In this document: in pieces, positions 12,769-26,300 of the stretch
Layout: every line of letters begins with the position of its first letter
Numbering within the stretch: position 1 is the first letter of the stretch
NCBI GenBank assembly: GCA_030704615.1
Contig: CM060731.1
Coordinates: 49,104,001 to 49,168,000, forward strand
DNA from: Takakia lepidozioides
Lineage: Eukaryota; Plantae; Bryophyta
Reading direction: 5' to 3'
Length of the DNA stretch: 64,000 bases
Made by a program: the position numbers and the translations under genes
Notes under the pieces: model-generated
Seen by the model: the letters and a program-made list of their open reading frames with translations, nothing else
Told to the model about the DNA's origin: nothing
Database searches by the model: none

Positions 12769-14869
12769 ACGTTCCACTGAGATAGATGGGTTGGATGAAG
12801 AACTCAAGGATCACACCCTTGCAGATGGTTTGGCATTTGTATGGTCATTTGTCAGTGCGGGTCCATATCATCCCCAGGGTTTTCACAATCTCCATGGGAT
12901 GAGATTATTCCTTGCCTTGGTTTTGTGCAGAACAGGATAAAGAAAGGGATCAATGTGGACATGGTTGATGCCACTCTTGGCAAGAAAAACGAAGTCACCG
13001 TCATCAATGTGTCCCTATGCTGCACAACCCAGAGTTGAGGTTAGAGATCTTAGCTCAGAATAAGTAAACTTGCAAGGCATGTAACTAAAATTAACTCCAC
13101 AGTATGTATGGGTTTCTCATAGGGGTCGAAAATGGAATGCTGTTTAGAACAAGGTAGATCAACGTTGAACCTTTGTTAAATTTCATGCGTACTGTAGAGT
13201 ATATGGCCTTTACAACCAGTGAACATTGGCTGATTTGCATTCAGCAAGGCAGCACATTTTGCATGTTGTCAGTATCCATTGAAGTTGATGGAATACTGCG
13301 AAACCTCACCAGAAACCAACTATTGGCAAGCTGGTATTCTCCTCCCAGGACAGAGCACTAAGTACACATTCACGACAAATGTTGCAGCATTCTTAGTCCA
13401 ATACACAATAATGAAGGTGATAAACAATGTAGTAGTGACTGTCAAGAGTTTATTGAGCTTCAGCAACATAACGATTTGTCGAGTGAGTGACTGGTAGAAT
13501 TTGCGTGTGTAACAAGAAGTATATGGCTGTTGACAATGGAGGCAGGGGCAACGTTCAGGCGACTACATCAAATCCGTCTACACAGTATTATAGGCAAATC
13601 AGTATTACCTATACAAAAACCCAATGAATTATTTATGGTCCACATCAAGGTCAAATTGGCATGTACTTTCAGGCGTATCTGTGAGCATACCGGTGGTAAT
13701 ACTTGTATGGTAAACAAACAATTCTACCTTCTTTTGTGCGAATTTTGCTGTTGTTGTGATTGTCCTTGTTGAATTGGTTATCATGCTGGAGGGAGGAAAT
13801 GGAGTATCCCAGGATGGATTGCGACTGGCTCCTTATGGTGCAGGCCCTACATGTAAGCCAGCTCACTGCGGACTGCCAGATTGTCGGCGCATACAAAAGT
13901 CCCCAGCGTAGTAGATTGTAGTGTAATCAGTGCTCCATCCTACAAAGACCACATTTCTCATCCTTGATGAAACTATTTGCTGATAGGAATGCCCCATGAA
14001 AAGAAAAACCAAAGTGAAACAAAAAAGAAAATTGCAGAATGACAAACTGAGATAAACTGCCTAACCACATCTAAAGACTTTTGGGGGCAGGTCAAAATCG
14101 TAGTGCATCCTCTCGAAACAGCTGGCTGTAGCCAAATAGAAGGGATATTCATGAACCAGACCTTTTGCAAATCACCAGGAATCATCGTGTTAAATTTGTA
14201 CCCCGGCACACAAATGGAACCTGAGAAGAGGCCGTCTTTGTGGCTCTGCCTCCATAACCAGTAGGTATTGCAACACGGAAAATGTGGAGCTCACTCTAGT
14301 TACTGCGCAAGATCAAAAGCTAGATAATCAATTATTTCACACTCCTAAATGTAATAAAACTTTGCATGCACACAATCCCATTCGACCCCCACAAAACCAA
14401 ATAAACATCTTCAAAAGCTTACAGGGAGATTATTGACACTGGATATCCCATCAAATGGAGAGAATTGCATATCAAATGGAGATATCTTGAGGCAAATTCT
14501 CTGCTAGGCCGGCAGGCGCTGAGCTCCTTGACGATTACTGCAACAGTGGCTTTCACCCCACTTCCAGCCACCAGCCATTAAATGTCAGTTTCCAAGTAGT
14601 CATTTCTGATCATTATCATGCTACGGAAGGTGTTTCCTTACGATCTTTCGTTCAGGGAACATAAAAACGATTTGAGAAACATAGACGCAACAGTTAGTGT
14701 TCACTTCCGCGCCAAGGCAACTCAGCTATCAACACATGCTCGAAGTACTTTGTGAGACACCCGAGCAACTAAATGCCGGTAAGGAGCACGCACGTAGACA
14801 TACCTTGAGAAGAAAGGGGCGGAAACAGTCGTATTAGCAAATGCTGGTCCTTTTCGAACTGGTGTGTAC

Positions 14870-15322
14870 CAGTGTTGGACTGGTATATAGGTGAAGGACT
14901 GGTATAAAGTATTGGTATATGCACTGGTATTAGATACCAGACCAGTCTGGTATCGTTTGGGAGAATTCTTGGTCATATACCAGACCAGGCTGGTATCAGT
15001 TTTTTCATACCAGCCACAATACCCACAGTCTACCTCATTTACTCTGGTATGTGTACCATATTAATTTATGTGTACATTTGCCTATACATTTGTATTTATG
15101 TATATTTACTTCTAAAGCCATCTTGAATTACAAGTTTATCAAAGGAAGATAATAGGAATATCAAGTGAAAATAAATACAATACACAGAAAGGATGATACC
15201 AGAATTGATACCTCATATCAGCTGGTATTGTGGTATAGACCAGACTGGTATGAAAGTTTTGTGATACGCCTGGTACCAGGACCAGTCTGGTATGTAAAAA
15301 AATTGATACCAGTCCAACACTG
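14870..15322. mobile_element. hAT-type MITE (453 bp)
   Basis: 17-bp TIR CAGTGTTGGACTGGTAT. Perfect 8-bp TSD GTGTGTAC (14862-14869, 15323-15330). Many subterminal ATACCAG/CTGGTAT motifs. Confidence 0.92.
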
Positions 15323-16067
15323 GTGTGTACAGCGGACTGGTATCTGAGCTTGCCAATCATTTGACCAAGGGTGGGTAGGTCTAAGAAACACGTGGAATGA
15401 TTCATGTGGGGTGATTCCTGTGCGGCACTCTGATGCACCCACTGGGTCTGCTGGAGTTGAGATGGCATAAGACAAACCACAAATTAGTGAGTGTTCATAT
15501 TCTGGTGACCGTCGGTACCATTCTGATGGTTAAGAGGACAGATGGAAGAATGGGAGGCACCCCACGAGCGACAGTGACATGACACGTCAGGCGAGCAGGA
15601 AAGCAGGGCCAGGCGTTCTGGCGCCGGCTAAAGGGCCAACTTCCATGTATTGGACAAAAATGACACCTTGCTTCCATGTGTTAATTTTCGGCGACGCCCC
15701 GCTGAGCGCAATACCTGGGATTTCCGCGCCCGAGTTCATGGCCGGTAATCGCTTTTGACCTGTTTTACTGGGTTACCATGTTTCCTCTATCCACCCCACG
15801 TGAGCCAAGTGATAGGCTCAATTGGTCTAGGCCTTGGACAGTGAGGGAGACCTACTGCCAGATTGCTTTTGAACCCCATGCACATAAGAGCAACCATCCA
15901 TGCCACCAGTCTGCCATGCTCCACTGACGCTGTCCAACTTTGGCCGGGACTGCAGATACATGGAAGTTGGCCCTTAAGGCCCGATCAAGGTATTAGGAGT
16001 TGGACTTATTATGGGTATAACTTTAGAGATGTAACATAGACTAAGTTTACTATAAAATAGGCCCGTA

Positions 16068-16099
16068 CGCCCGTCACACCATGGGAATTGGCTTCGCCC
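16068..16099 (+). other. ~32-bp organellar/bacterial-type SSU rRNA micro-fragment (probable NUMT)
   Basis: cgcccgtcacaccatgggaattggcttcgccc contains the conserved 16S-type CGCCCGTCACACCATGGGA followed by a tail resembling plant mitochondrial rrn18. Confidence 0.5.
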
Positions 16100-16635
16100 A
16101 CTTTGTAGGCTATGGATTGTTGGATGATATAGGTCCATGTCACCAAGGCAATGAATAGGCTACCATACTATAGCGGAAGCCCAACGGCGAAAGAGGCAGC
16201 GACAAAGAGATAGGAGAGACCATGCACGATGGGGTTGGAGAGACCAGCTTCGTGATGGCGGGAGAATCGCGTTACAACAAAATGTCTTCATGTAATTGTG
16301 GATTTCCAGTGGACATTGTCTGGAAATCCATATTTCATGGTAATGTGACATGTAGGCGCCAGGTTGGAGCCATGTCAACGTCTCCGCCGGCAGCTGCCGC
16401 TAGTGTGGTAGGCAGAGCGGCACACTACCATCCTTTAAACCAATAGGAGGGTCCGAAATTGAGTGATGCTGCCCCTCTTGCCGCTAGTGTGTATCGCCCA
16501 TATCTAATTATAAATCGATCGCAAGGCTATAGCCACATTCATCTCTTGGACAAAATATTATTCATCCATATTCATTTCTTCATTCTTTTGATCCCGATAA
16601 TAACTACACTTGCTCTCCTCCAACCCATGAATTAA

Positions 16636-16676
16636 CCCTTAAGCGCCCACCGTACTCAAGAGATAATAACTTTTGC

Positions 16677-16712
<36 letters not shown>

Positions 16713-17433
16713 CCAAAAAAAAAAAGTATGACGCCTTCCAAAGGGAGCGTAACTTATCGTGTCTCTTCACCACAAGGGCTACTGCCTTCCAGCTGAAAGG
16801 TGGACACCTTCATGACACACCAGACCGTGGTTTGAACCCACAACCACATCCGACTTGGTATGTGCCCATTACCACTGGCTACATGCTTTATGTGCAATGG
16901 ATTGTAGGGTCGTGTGGAGCACCGCGAGATCTCGGCTGAAATTGCCCTAATTTTCAGTTAGGGCAAAGTGCTTCTCTTACAAGCGCAGGTGGTCTGACTG
17001 CCAGCTCTTTTTCTTGTTCTTGGGACCGCACGCCGTTGGTCGCTGTTTGACCAGACTTTGACCAGCTGCAAATCAGGAAATATGAATCCAATTTCTGCAT
17101 TCTATGGCTCAATAGAATGCCAATGTGTTGGATAACACCTGTGAGCGCAGGATGAGACCATGCGGATTTCATCCTGACATTGAAATTTGCAAATTCCTCC
17201 AATTTTGTTTTTTGTTTTTTGTGCAAAAAATGGCCCCACACACAACGGTGGCGTTTCTCTGATTTTTGCTTGATTGGCCTAGAAATTTCCAGGTGTGTGC
17301 AAGGGGTAGGTACAAGCATAATGTCCGGTCAATTTCCCAAAAACCTTTTTCTTCACCAAGACATAGGCTTATTTACCTGAGCTGGGATCCACATTGTTTT
17401 AAAAGTCAACATTGGGCACTCGGTGCTTAAGGG
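16636..17433. mobile_element. piggyBac-like MITE with a nested SINE
   Basis: Left end TTAA|CCCTTAAGCGCC, right end GGTGCTTAAGGG|TTGA. The right subterminal aaaagtcaac is shared with 8375-9175. A further orphan right end CTTAAGGG|TTAA lies at 18285-18296. Confidence 0.6.
16727..16886 (-). mobile_element. tRNA-derived SINE
   Basis: Minus-strand A-box TAGCCAGTGG (~16872-16881) and B-box GGTTCAAACC (16829-16838). Homologous to 18945-19070. Adjacent homopolymer tracts. Confidence 0.65.
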
Positions 17434-18450
17434 TTGAGGTGTAAGAGCATCTCCACCGGGGGTCCCTAAATGCCCAGACAACAACGGCAAAGGACCCCCC
17501 CCCCCCCTTGGTATCCAGAGGGCCTATATCATGCACGAAAGTACGGTCCGGGGGGTGTAGGCCATGCCAGTACCTGCTGGAGCGACTAAAAAACACGACT
17601 GCGTAAATGCGAACGATCAACCACATGAATAGTCGGCGTGAAGGCACTACCAAAGATGTTGATGTGTAGCCCTCACGCCATCCCCTTGTCATGGTTTTTG
17701 TGTTTTTTCTCCCTGACACGGAATTTTGCCGCTTCCGTGGCTGCGAGCGGCTCGGTGGGGATGCTCTTAGCACCAACACCCTAAAAAATCAACACACACC
17801 TTGCAACCGGCTGGCCCCCGCATGGGCTCGAGCCCTTACCTTCGCTGCAACCTCCATGCAGCCCCCCAGCTATGGGCCCGAGGCGATGGCCGGAGCTTCC
17901 ATCGCCGTCGATTACAGGTTAGGGCACAAGCCTGGAAATCCCCAGACCTGCGCCGGCCGCCGGCCCCTCTAGGGCATTCAAGGGGTTTGGGGAAGCGTGG
18001 CACCCCATATTGGATATATTTCTTTCACCCTAACCTGACCCAGGTTGCCGTGTCAGCAACTTGTGCAGGTTTGGGGGGCCAAAAAGGCCTCAAAAAGCTG
18101 AGGTGGCCCCCTTCCGTTGGTCCTTTGGCCTACCCCTTCAGGCATTGACCAATTGGCCAATGCCACATGAAGGGGGACCTCATTATCTATCCAATGAGGC
18201 CAAAAAAGGGCCAATTGCCCTTAAGCACAGGAAGATATGGCGAGCTAAGCAAACCCAACCGACCCAATTTGGGTCGGTACACCACTTAAGGGTTAATATT
18301 TTTCAATATCCGCAGGTTCTGGGTATTAAAATATTTTGGTCTTAGACATCCACCGGTTCTTGGTAGTACCAACATGCATCCGGTTATCAAGGTTAGGCTA
18401 ACATCCGCCATCTATTGACTGGTATTGGCTGGATATCCGCAGGATATTAC

Positions 18451-19367
18451 CAGTGTTGTGCGGGTTCTGACTTTTTAAGGAACCCGCCGGGTCCGGGTGC
18501 GGGTTTTTTTTTTCGGAGCCAAGTCCGGGTCCGGATCCGGGTTTTTGAAATTTGGAAAATCCGGGTCCGGGTTGGGGTCCGGGTTTGTCAACACGGACCC
18601 GGGTTGGGGTCCGGGTAGTTGTTGGGAAATATTAGCGGGTTCACGGGTTCGGATCCGGGTCCTAATTTATTGATTAAATAAATTAGAAAAATAAGATTAA
18701 TTAGGGATAAATTTATTTTTGACTGGAAAAACTTTAAATCCTAATAATGAATTTTATTTTAAGAGACATTCCCTCAAAATATACCATGAATATGAATATG
18801 TATACCATGAATAAGAATTAGATTAAGTTTGAGTTCCATTTTCTATTTTTCAATATCAATTCTTTAAACATGTTAAGAATAGTAATATGCCTCAAGGGTA
18901 GATCACTATAGCATGGATGTGTGGGATCTGGCATAATAATAATATATGACGTCTCCTTTGGGAGGTGTAAATTATGGTCCCAGAGGGCACAACTTTGTGA
19001 CACCACTCGGGGGATTGAACCCACAACCGCTTTTGAGGTGGTATGTGGGCATTACCACTGGGCTACAACGTGGTGGGGCTGGCTGCTGCCTATTACTGCT
19101 GGTCCCCTCCACACATATGACAAAACCTACCAGATCTAAGGTGGACCCAGTGTGCCCCATCTAAATTTAAGACCTGGACCTGACCCGCTACATTGGCCCA
19201 CGGGATATTACACCGGGTGTAGAAATTGTTTTTTCATATTTTCATATCCGCCGGCTATACATCTAACCCGGATCCTAGAAAATGCCAGTTCCGAGTCCGG
19301 ATACAGTGATACCCCGGTTGATATCTTGCTGTTGATATCCTGATGACTCTATATCTGCCCAACACTG
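18451..19367. mobile_element. hAT-like non-autonomous element with CCGGGT/ACCCG subterminal repeats
   Basis: Ends CAGTGTTG...CAACACTG, the same terminal motif as the 14870 MITE. Dense ccgggt repeats at 18485-18660. No intact 8-bp TSD found. Confidence 0.55.
18945..19070 (-). mobile_element. tRNA-derived SINE (same family as 16727-16886)
   Basis: Minus-strand A-box TAGCCCAGTGG (19055-19065), B-box GGTTCAATCC (19012-19021), shared atgacg end, (ATT)n tail. Confidence 0.7.
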
Positions 19368-19479
19368 TTGCATATCCCTGTAATCCCCGCATGGTGTATA
19401 TCCCCCTTGGCGTATACCCCATGTTGTCGCACTTTCCCCACCAACCAATGTCAATCTTTTCAAATGCCATGCCCCTACA

Positions 19480-19985
19480 TATAGACACGAGATTTGACCT
19501 ATTTTCCCCCAGAGAAGACACCAAAAGATTCGTGTTTATCGGCCTTTCATTTGGGGACGAATCTCGGGAAGGCGAAATCTCGCCCTCACTTTGGTGGTGC
19601 TTAGAGGGGATAGCGACTATAGTTGTTTGAGTTTCTGGTCCTGCAAGCAACGAAGGGATAAATGTAGAGTTTCGGTGTTTTCAACTGAAGGGAACGGGAT
19701 GGACCGTATTGCAAAAGCATAGTGAGCAGAAGTGATGCTTTCTAACCTGGACATGGCCAGTAAGATGTAAACCCTTAACGTTAATATACCGTGCTATTGC
19801 GGTTTCGCTGGCTATGCAAATTGGGATTACATAGTGCATGTTGTGGAGGGGATCGATCCAGAGATGGTGTATGGCTTGGTTTCCTTGGTTGTTCGTGCGG
19901 AATTCATGTTTTGATTTCCATATGGACACTACAGCGGAACGCTGTTGAAGGGCAACACGGGTATGGAGGAATTGCTCGGATCGGG
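19480..19985 (+). pseudogene. Old degenerate copy of MED15 intron 1 / KIX exon 2 directly upstream of MED15 (also copied at ~8048-9380)
   Basis: ggatagcgac...tggtcctgcaagcaacgaagggataaat and aattcatgttttgatttccatatggacactacagcgg resemble 20420-20480 and 20770-20820. The splice acceptor is lost and the frame is broken. Confidence 0.7.
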
Positions 19986-20313
19986 GAAAAGGTGGCAAAT
20001 ATTTATGCACCAATATACCGTAATATAGGTATTTAGTCATCTCTGTAGTTATCAGGTCAACCAGGACTACACGTGTCGGTAGCATTTGTCGGTCTCTTCG
20101 CCGACACTCGGACGTTCTCTCTTCTTCCACTCCTGCATCTCTAACTTACATTATGTCTTCCTCGCTCGAGGAAGGATCCTTCGGGCGGACGCTTGGACTG
20201 CAAGCTCATGGATTCCCTTTCGTAACTCGTTTTTCACTTCGAATGTGCGGGAGTGTGGATTGACAGGAAGGCCATAGGCATTAGTGCTCTACCACACTGT
20301 CATTTCGGCAACG

Positions 20314-23300
20314 ATGGATAATTCCTGGCGGTCGTCACTGGCGGATGATTCTCGGCAGAAGATTGTGAAGCGGATGTGAGTTTTTCGAGAAATATCCCCC
20401 TTTGCTTGAATCCTGTGAGAGCGGATAGCGACTTGTTGTTTGGATTTTTGGTCCTGCAACCAACGAAGGGATAAATCATAGAGTATTGAACAGAGTTTCG
20501 GTGTTGCAACTGAAAACGGAATTGACCTGATAGGTCATTGGGTGCATAGAGGGCAGAACTGATGGTTTCCAAATCCTGGTAGGGTTGGGTTCTTCACGGG
20601 TTTCAGATTCGAAACCCTATTGTATAAATATTAATGCTACTGCATGTCAATCGATGGATGTACAAATTGGGATTATAGAGTGTGATGTGGTGGTCATCCA
20701 GTCTTTGCCGAGGAATACACCCTGGGGTCTTCAGATGCTATGCCTTGGTTTCTGTGGTTGCTGGTGAATAATTCATGTTTTGACTTTCTGTCTGTTCAGA
20801 ATGGACACCCTACAGCGGCACATGCCAGTGACAGGGCAAGACGGTGTGGATGAGTTGCTTAAAATTGCTTGGCGCTTTGAGGAAAAAATCTACCAGGCTG
20901 CCACTGACCAGGTCAGCTGTCAGTGGGTATAGGCTAGGAAGAATCTGACCCGAAAGGTAGGCATAGATGACAACACATGCTACTGGAGAGGAATGAAGAG
21001 ATCTTTTATTGTAGGGGTTGGCAAGTGTTCGGTGTATGATGTGATGGGATAATCTTTTGGTCAATAATGTGAATTCTGTTGGGCGGTTGTGAATTTTGGT
21101 GCCTTGCAGCAAGACTATCTTCGGAAAATCTCATTAAAGATGCTATCACTGGAGACCAAGGCAAATGGTCCCCTCCAAGGCAGGCCTGGTGCACCTGGTC
21201 AGGGTGCCATGAAGCAAGACCCAGGTCAGCAGATGTGTTTTACAATGAGATAGGGGAGAGGGGAGGGACAGAGAGTTGCAGGGCTAGATTGACCTGGAAA
21301 ATGGCAGAGCAACCTCATCATTTAATAAAGAGACTGACAAAGAAAACTTGCATGTATTGCAGTGGCGCCATCTGCCAGATCAGAGGTCAGGTGTAGAGAT
21401 CTCGGGCAATGTGGAATTGATGCTTTTGCTTAAGCATGCAACAGCACTGTCTCAAACTTCAAAAGTCCGAAGACTGAATTTTTGTCCTGATATTTGTTCT
21501 TTTGCACAGCATCGCATTTGATTCGCAATCCTGCACAGGCCCTGAGCAATGGGGTTCAGCTGGCCAGTCAAACTCAGCAGCAGCTCCAGCAACGGCAGCA
21601 ACAACTACTCGCACAATCTCTTCAAGGGAACCTTGCAGCTGGCAACTTGCAAACTTCAGCTGCTGGCCTAGGTTCCAGCATGTCCACCTTATCTGGAATG
21701 CCACAAAACTCTATCTCTAATATGGCAGGTCAGGTTCTGGGGAATCCAAATATGTTGTCGACTCGTTTTCAGCAATTGCAGCAACAACAGCAACAACAAC
21801 AACAACAACATCGGCAACAGCAACAGCAAGTTGTCCAGCAGCAGCAGCAGCAACAACAACATCAACAACATCAACAACAACAGCAGCAGCAGGTCTGTCT
21901 CACTCTCTACTAGCACTATTTGCTTGAGCAATCTTGGTATAGGCAGCGAGTTAAACCATCTATAATTGATGCTAGCCGTGATGCATTGTGGTGAAGTGTG
22001 TGGTGATTCGTTTCCTCGTTTGTATATCTCCAGCCAGATTCTCATCTCCTTTATGATCACATTGATTGCAATTCATTGTTGGCAGTGCATCAGAGAGGGA
22101 TGCGTGCTAAACTGCCTTTGAGGTGGGATGGGTGGGGTAGCAGCTATTGTATCAGCAGAGGTTGCAGCAGCAGCAATTGGCCAAGCAGAAGATGCAGCAG
22201 CAGCAGCAGTCCCTTCTCCAGCACCAACAGCAGCAACAGCAGCAATCACTTCAGCAACAACAACAACAAGTAGGTGTCCCCTCTTCTCAAGAATGAGGAT
22301 GAGTGAGATGCAACTGGAGAGGATTTTATAACCTGTGTGTTGAGCAATGTTTACTGTTTCATTTAAGTGCGTTCCAAATCGGAAGGCCCTCTTATTCAAG
22401 AGATAGAAGGCAGGGTGTTTGTGGCATTGTGGCCTCTTTATGTGTAAGAGACTGGCAGAGTTACAGCAGGCTGCAGCCTTCTAACAATTTCTTTATGCTA
22501 CAAAATGAAGAGTGGAGTCTGGAGGATGGCATTGGGGTAAAGGTTTAGACTGTCCTCTGGATATACTGTGTAGGTAGCAACATCTGAGTGCTGACTTTTC
22601 AAATGGCTGTACATGATTCTTAGGTCTCTGCACTCCAGCAGCCGCAACCTAACCAGATACTTGGCCAGAACACCGCCACGCTGCAGCAACAACAATTGAT
22701 ACAGCAACAACTCCTGCAGCAAGCAAAACAACAGCAGGTGGACCGTCAGAACTTGGTTGATCAGGAATGGCTTGTTTAGCAGGTCACGAGGGAGTATCTC
22801 AATTGATTCCCCACTGGTGACATGCTTTAGACATTTGAAACTTCCTCCATGGGATCAAAGTAGCTGCTTTAAGGTCCATTCTAGCACCTTCTTCATTTCT
22901 CATGAGACCATACCATCTCAGGCACTGACATACTTTTGTAGTATTCCTGGCAGCAGCAGCAGCAGCCAACGCAGAGCCAGTCACAACTGTCCCAGCCATC
23001 AACTCAACAGCCATCCCAGCAGGGGCAACAGCAGGCAGTGTCTGGGCAGCAGTCACAGCAGCAACGAGTCCAGCCCCCAGGTAGGTGCCTCATCCGCTTC
23101 AGTTTCCTTCCGACTTGTATGTAGTTTGCTAATCTACAAGGAAGCAATCCTCCCATTAGTTATCTTGGTTCCGAGTGGCTGGACATCAAATTGCGGGTGA
23201 CAAATGCAGTACTTCTGGTATATCAGGCTTTTAGAAGTGACCTCAAAATGAGGAATCTTTACAGAAGTTGCTGCAATAGGAAAAATGGTTACTGGCGGCA

Positions 23301-26300
23301 GAAAATTGTGCTGTGGAAAGGCTGAAATTTCCTCCTCTAGCATCTTATATAACCCTTGAGGTTGCAATCCCTTGCCCAACATTCTGTTCTCCACATGTTC
23401 ACAGATAAATGGTACCTCTAGCTTCTTGGCTGTCACAGCTCCTGGTTAAGATCTGGTCAAAGCATCCTTCTTCCTTAATTTAAACAGTCAGCATTGAAGT
23501 CAGAATCGTGCCCTGCATGTTGGGCCACATCATGTCGTTTGCAAATTGATGGGAAGACAATTCTCCACAGGGGGCCTTATGCAGCAGCAGCAGCAACAAC
23601 AACAAAGCCTGTTTGACCAGAAGTCACAGCTGCTTCATGCGCAACAGCAACGTGTGCTCCCTGAGCCATCCACTGGTATTACCATTGCCTTCGTCGTGAT
23701 AGTGAGACTGATGCCTTGGCCTTCATACACTCATGGACACATCTTGTTCAAAGTTGATGAAACATCTTACAGGTGTTCTGAGGTTCGACAGGGTGCCCCA
23801 AAAGGTTATTGAAGTACTAATAAGGAGCAGGGTGTGTTTGTGTACCCAACCCAGAGATACACATGCTGCGGGAAATACTGACTGATTTTTCTGATAAATG
23901 CAGCATCAGTGGACTCGTCACATTCAGGGCCATCAGGTCTTGTGGACCAACGCGATGTTGTTTGGCCTAAGGTGATTCTCTGCTTCTGTGGGCATGATTG
24001 TGGGATCGATTATAATCAATGGTGAACGCTTGAAAGTATGTTCTGAATATGGCTGGTGGGTTTTCTTGATGACATTCATTGGATGAGAACAACTCTGCAT
24101 GCCTTTGGCACAAGTCATCGTTTTATTCTTACATTGTGTGGCTTAAGTAACTTCCGTTCAGGAGTGCACAGTTTTGACCTTTATCGATGGTCTGAGGCTG
24201 TCAATTATGCTTACCTGACAAGTGGAAGTAGTTGAGAATGCTCAAACATGATAATAATACTCATCTTACTACCAGCTGTAGTGACACCTTAACCCCAACA
24301 TGCTGCCTTGCAATCTTCTGATCTGTTATAACTTATAACCCTTGTTTGACCAGCTGCAAGTGTTGAAGGAAAGGTACTTGCAAGACATGAATGAACTCTA
24401 CAGCATGCTCTCAAGTCGCAGCGCACAGGTTGGTCTCTTCAATCTTTCCTAGCATTGTTTTTGTTACCCTCTTCTCTTGTCCAGCTCATTGGTGTTTCTT
24501 TTGGCCAAAGAAAAGAGCATACTTGACTATCATTAACAGAATTCTCTGCACAATTTAGCATCAGTTGGGAGTGTTCCCTATGAAAATGCACAGGCACTTC
24601 GAGGCATGGGAGATTTCGGTTTTTAGGTCTCAATTATGTCTTCACTCTGCGCATGAATCTTACTCTCAAGATCCTCATTTTCTGAGATTCTTTGAGCGAT
24701 AATACTAAACAAAGGCTAAATTAAGGACTTCAAAAAAATGTAGCTGCAGTGGGCAGTATCCAGGTAGTGCCTAAGAGAGACACTCTACGCTGTACCAGGT
24801 TTTCATTATATTTACATTGCGTTCTTTAAAGGAGGAGTATGCCAATATTAGAGAAGACGGCCCCCTTGGCTTGTCTACCTAGATACGCTTTCAACTCCGC
24901 AATCTTGGGTAGTCCAGCTATTTTGGAGAGATTGGCGAGATAGCAGAGAAAGACACCGAAGTTTTCCTTCAATTTCCTTTGAATTTGAGGATTGTTATGG
25001 AAGGGTTTTGCACATCATGTAGAGATGGATCAACCTGCATCTCTTGGATCTCTAGGGTTGGACAAAATGTGTAGAGTATTGTTTAATGGCCTCACAGAAG
25101 TGATAAGCAGCTATCCACATGGACATTCATAGGAGGATATTGCAGTGTTGTTGCTATGTTGCACTACTGTGCAGTTGAAGGTTTATGAGTTACAAATTTG
25201 TCAGGGTTGCTTCTGTGCAGCCAATGCCTGCTGAGCAACTACAGAAGCTGAAGCACTACAAGGACGTCCTGCATCGCATGATCCCCTATTTGCGGGTATC
25301 AAAGGAGCGAGTGCCCAAAGAGTTCAACCAGGACAAAGTGGATGCTTTTGAAAAGCAGATTGTGAGTATAATGGAGACCTTCAAGAAGCGACGACAACCA
25401 CAGCAACAACAGCCTTCTGATGGCCCGTCTGGGTCTGGACAGCTCCAGTCATCTGTGCAGCAACAAATGCCTGGGCAGCACTCAGATCAAAGCAGTTTGG
25501 CCAAAGGTTTGCCACAGTCACAATCGCAGTCACAGCAGCAGCAACAACCGCAGTTGGTATGCAATCATGACTCTGTGTTGGATCACCAATATGTAATTTC
25601 TGCAGCTCTTATCTCTGTTTTTTGGTGAAAGGGCAACATTTTACATTTCTGAACATCCTCACAAAGACAGCAGCAAGAGACCCACCTCTGCTGTTATTCA
25701 ACAATTCTCACATTCTCCAAAGGTAATGTAATATGGGTCATTTACAGTTGAAACTGCACAAAAGCATGGAGAGCATCTGTTCCTCTTTGGTATTTTCCAG
25801 ATGTCTATGTCCTTGTTCTTTAACAAGGTCACTCGCTCAACCCAGCTGCCTTGTTACAGCAGAGGGTGAGAGCAGCTGCAGTGGAATCAACCTCGTACTT
25901 TCTAGTATGATCTCATGAGGGCCACCACTTCTCTAGTATACCTCATTTCACCCTGTAGTTTTCCCGGGTCATTCGCATGCTTTGTACCTGGGTACCTTAC
26001 GCCTTGTCTGCAATGGGAGCCTGCATCAATGCATAACCTGTGAATTAGGTCCAGTTGTTGGTGACTTGTTTGTGAGATCTCGCGGTTGCCACTTGCTCCC
26101 TCCTTGTTCACACATTCTAGTTCTGTACATGACAGGTTCAAAATTAGTTTGTCTTTGGGTGTACTTACAAAAGTATTGTTTACTCTGTCTGTTGTGGGAT
26201 GCAGAGTGGTCAATCTCTCCAGCAAATTCAGGGCAGCAATCAAGGTGCCCAGTCACAGCAACAGCAGCAGCTTCTCTCTCAAATGCAGCAGCAGGACAAG

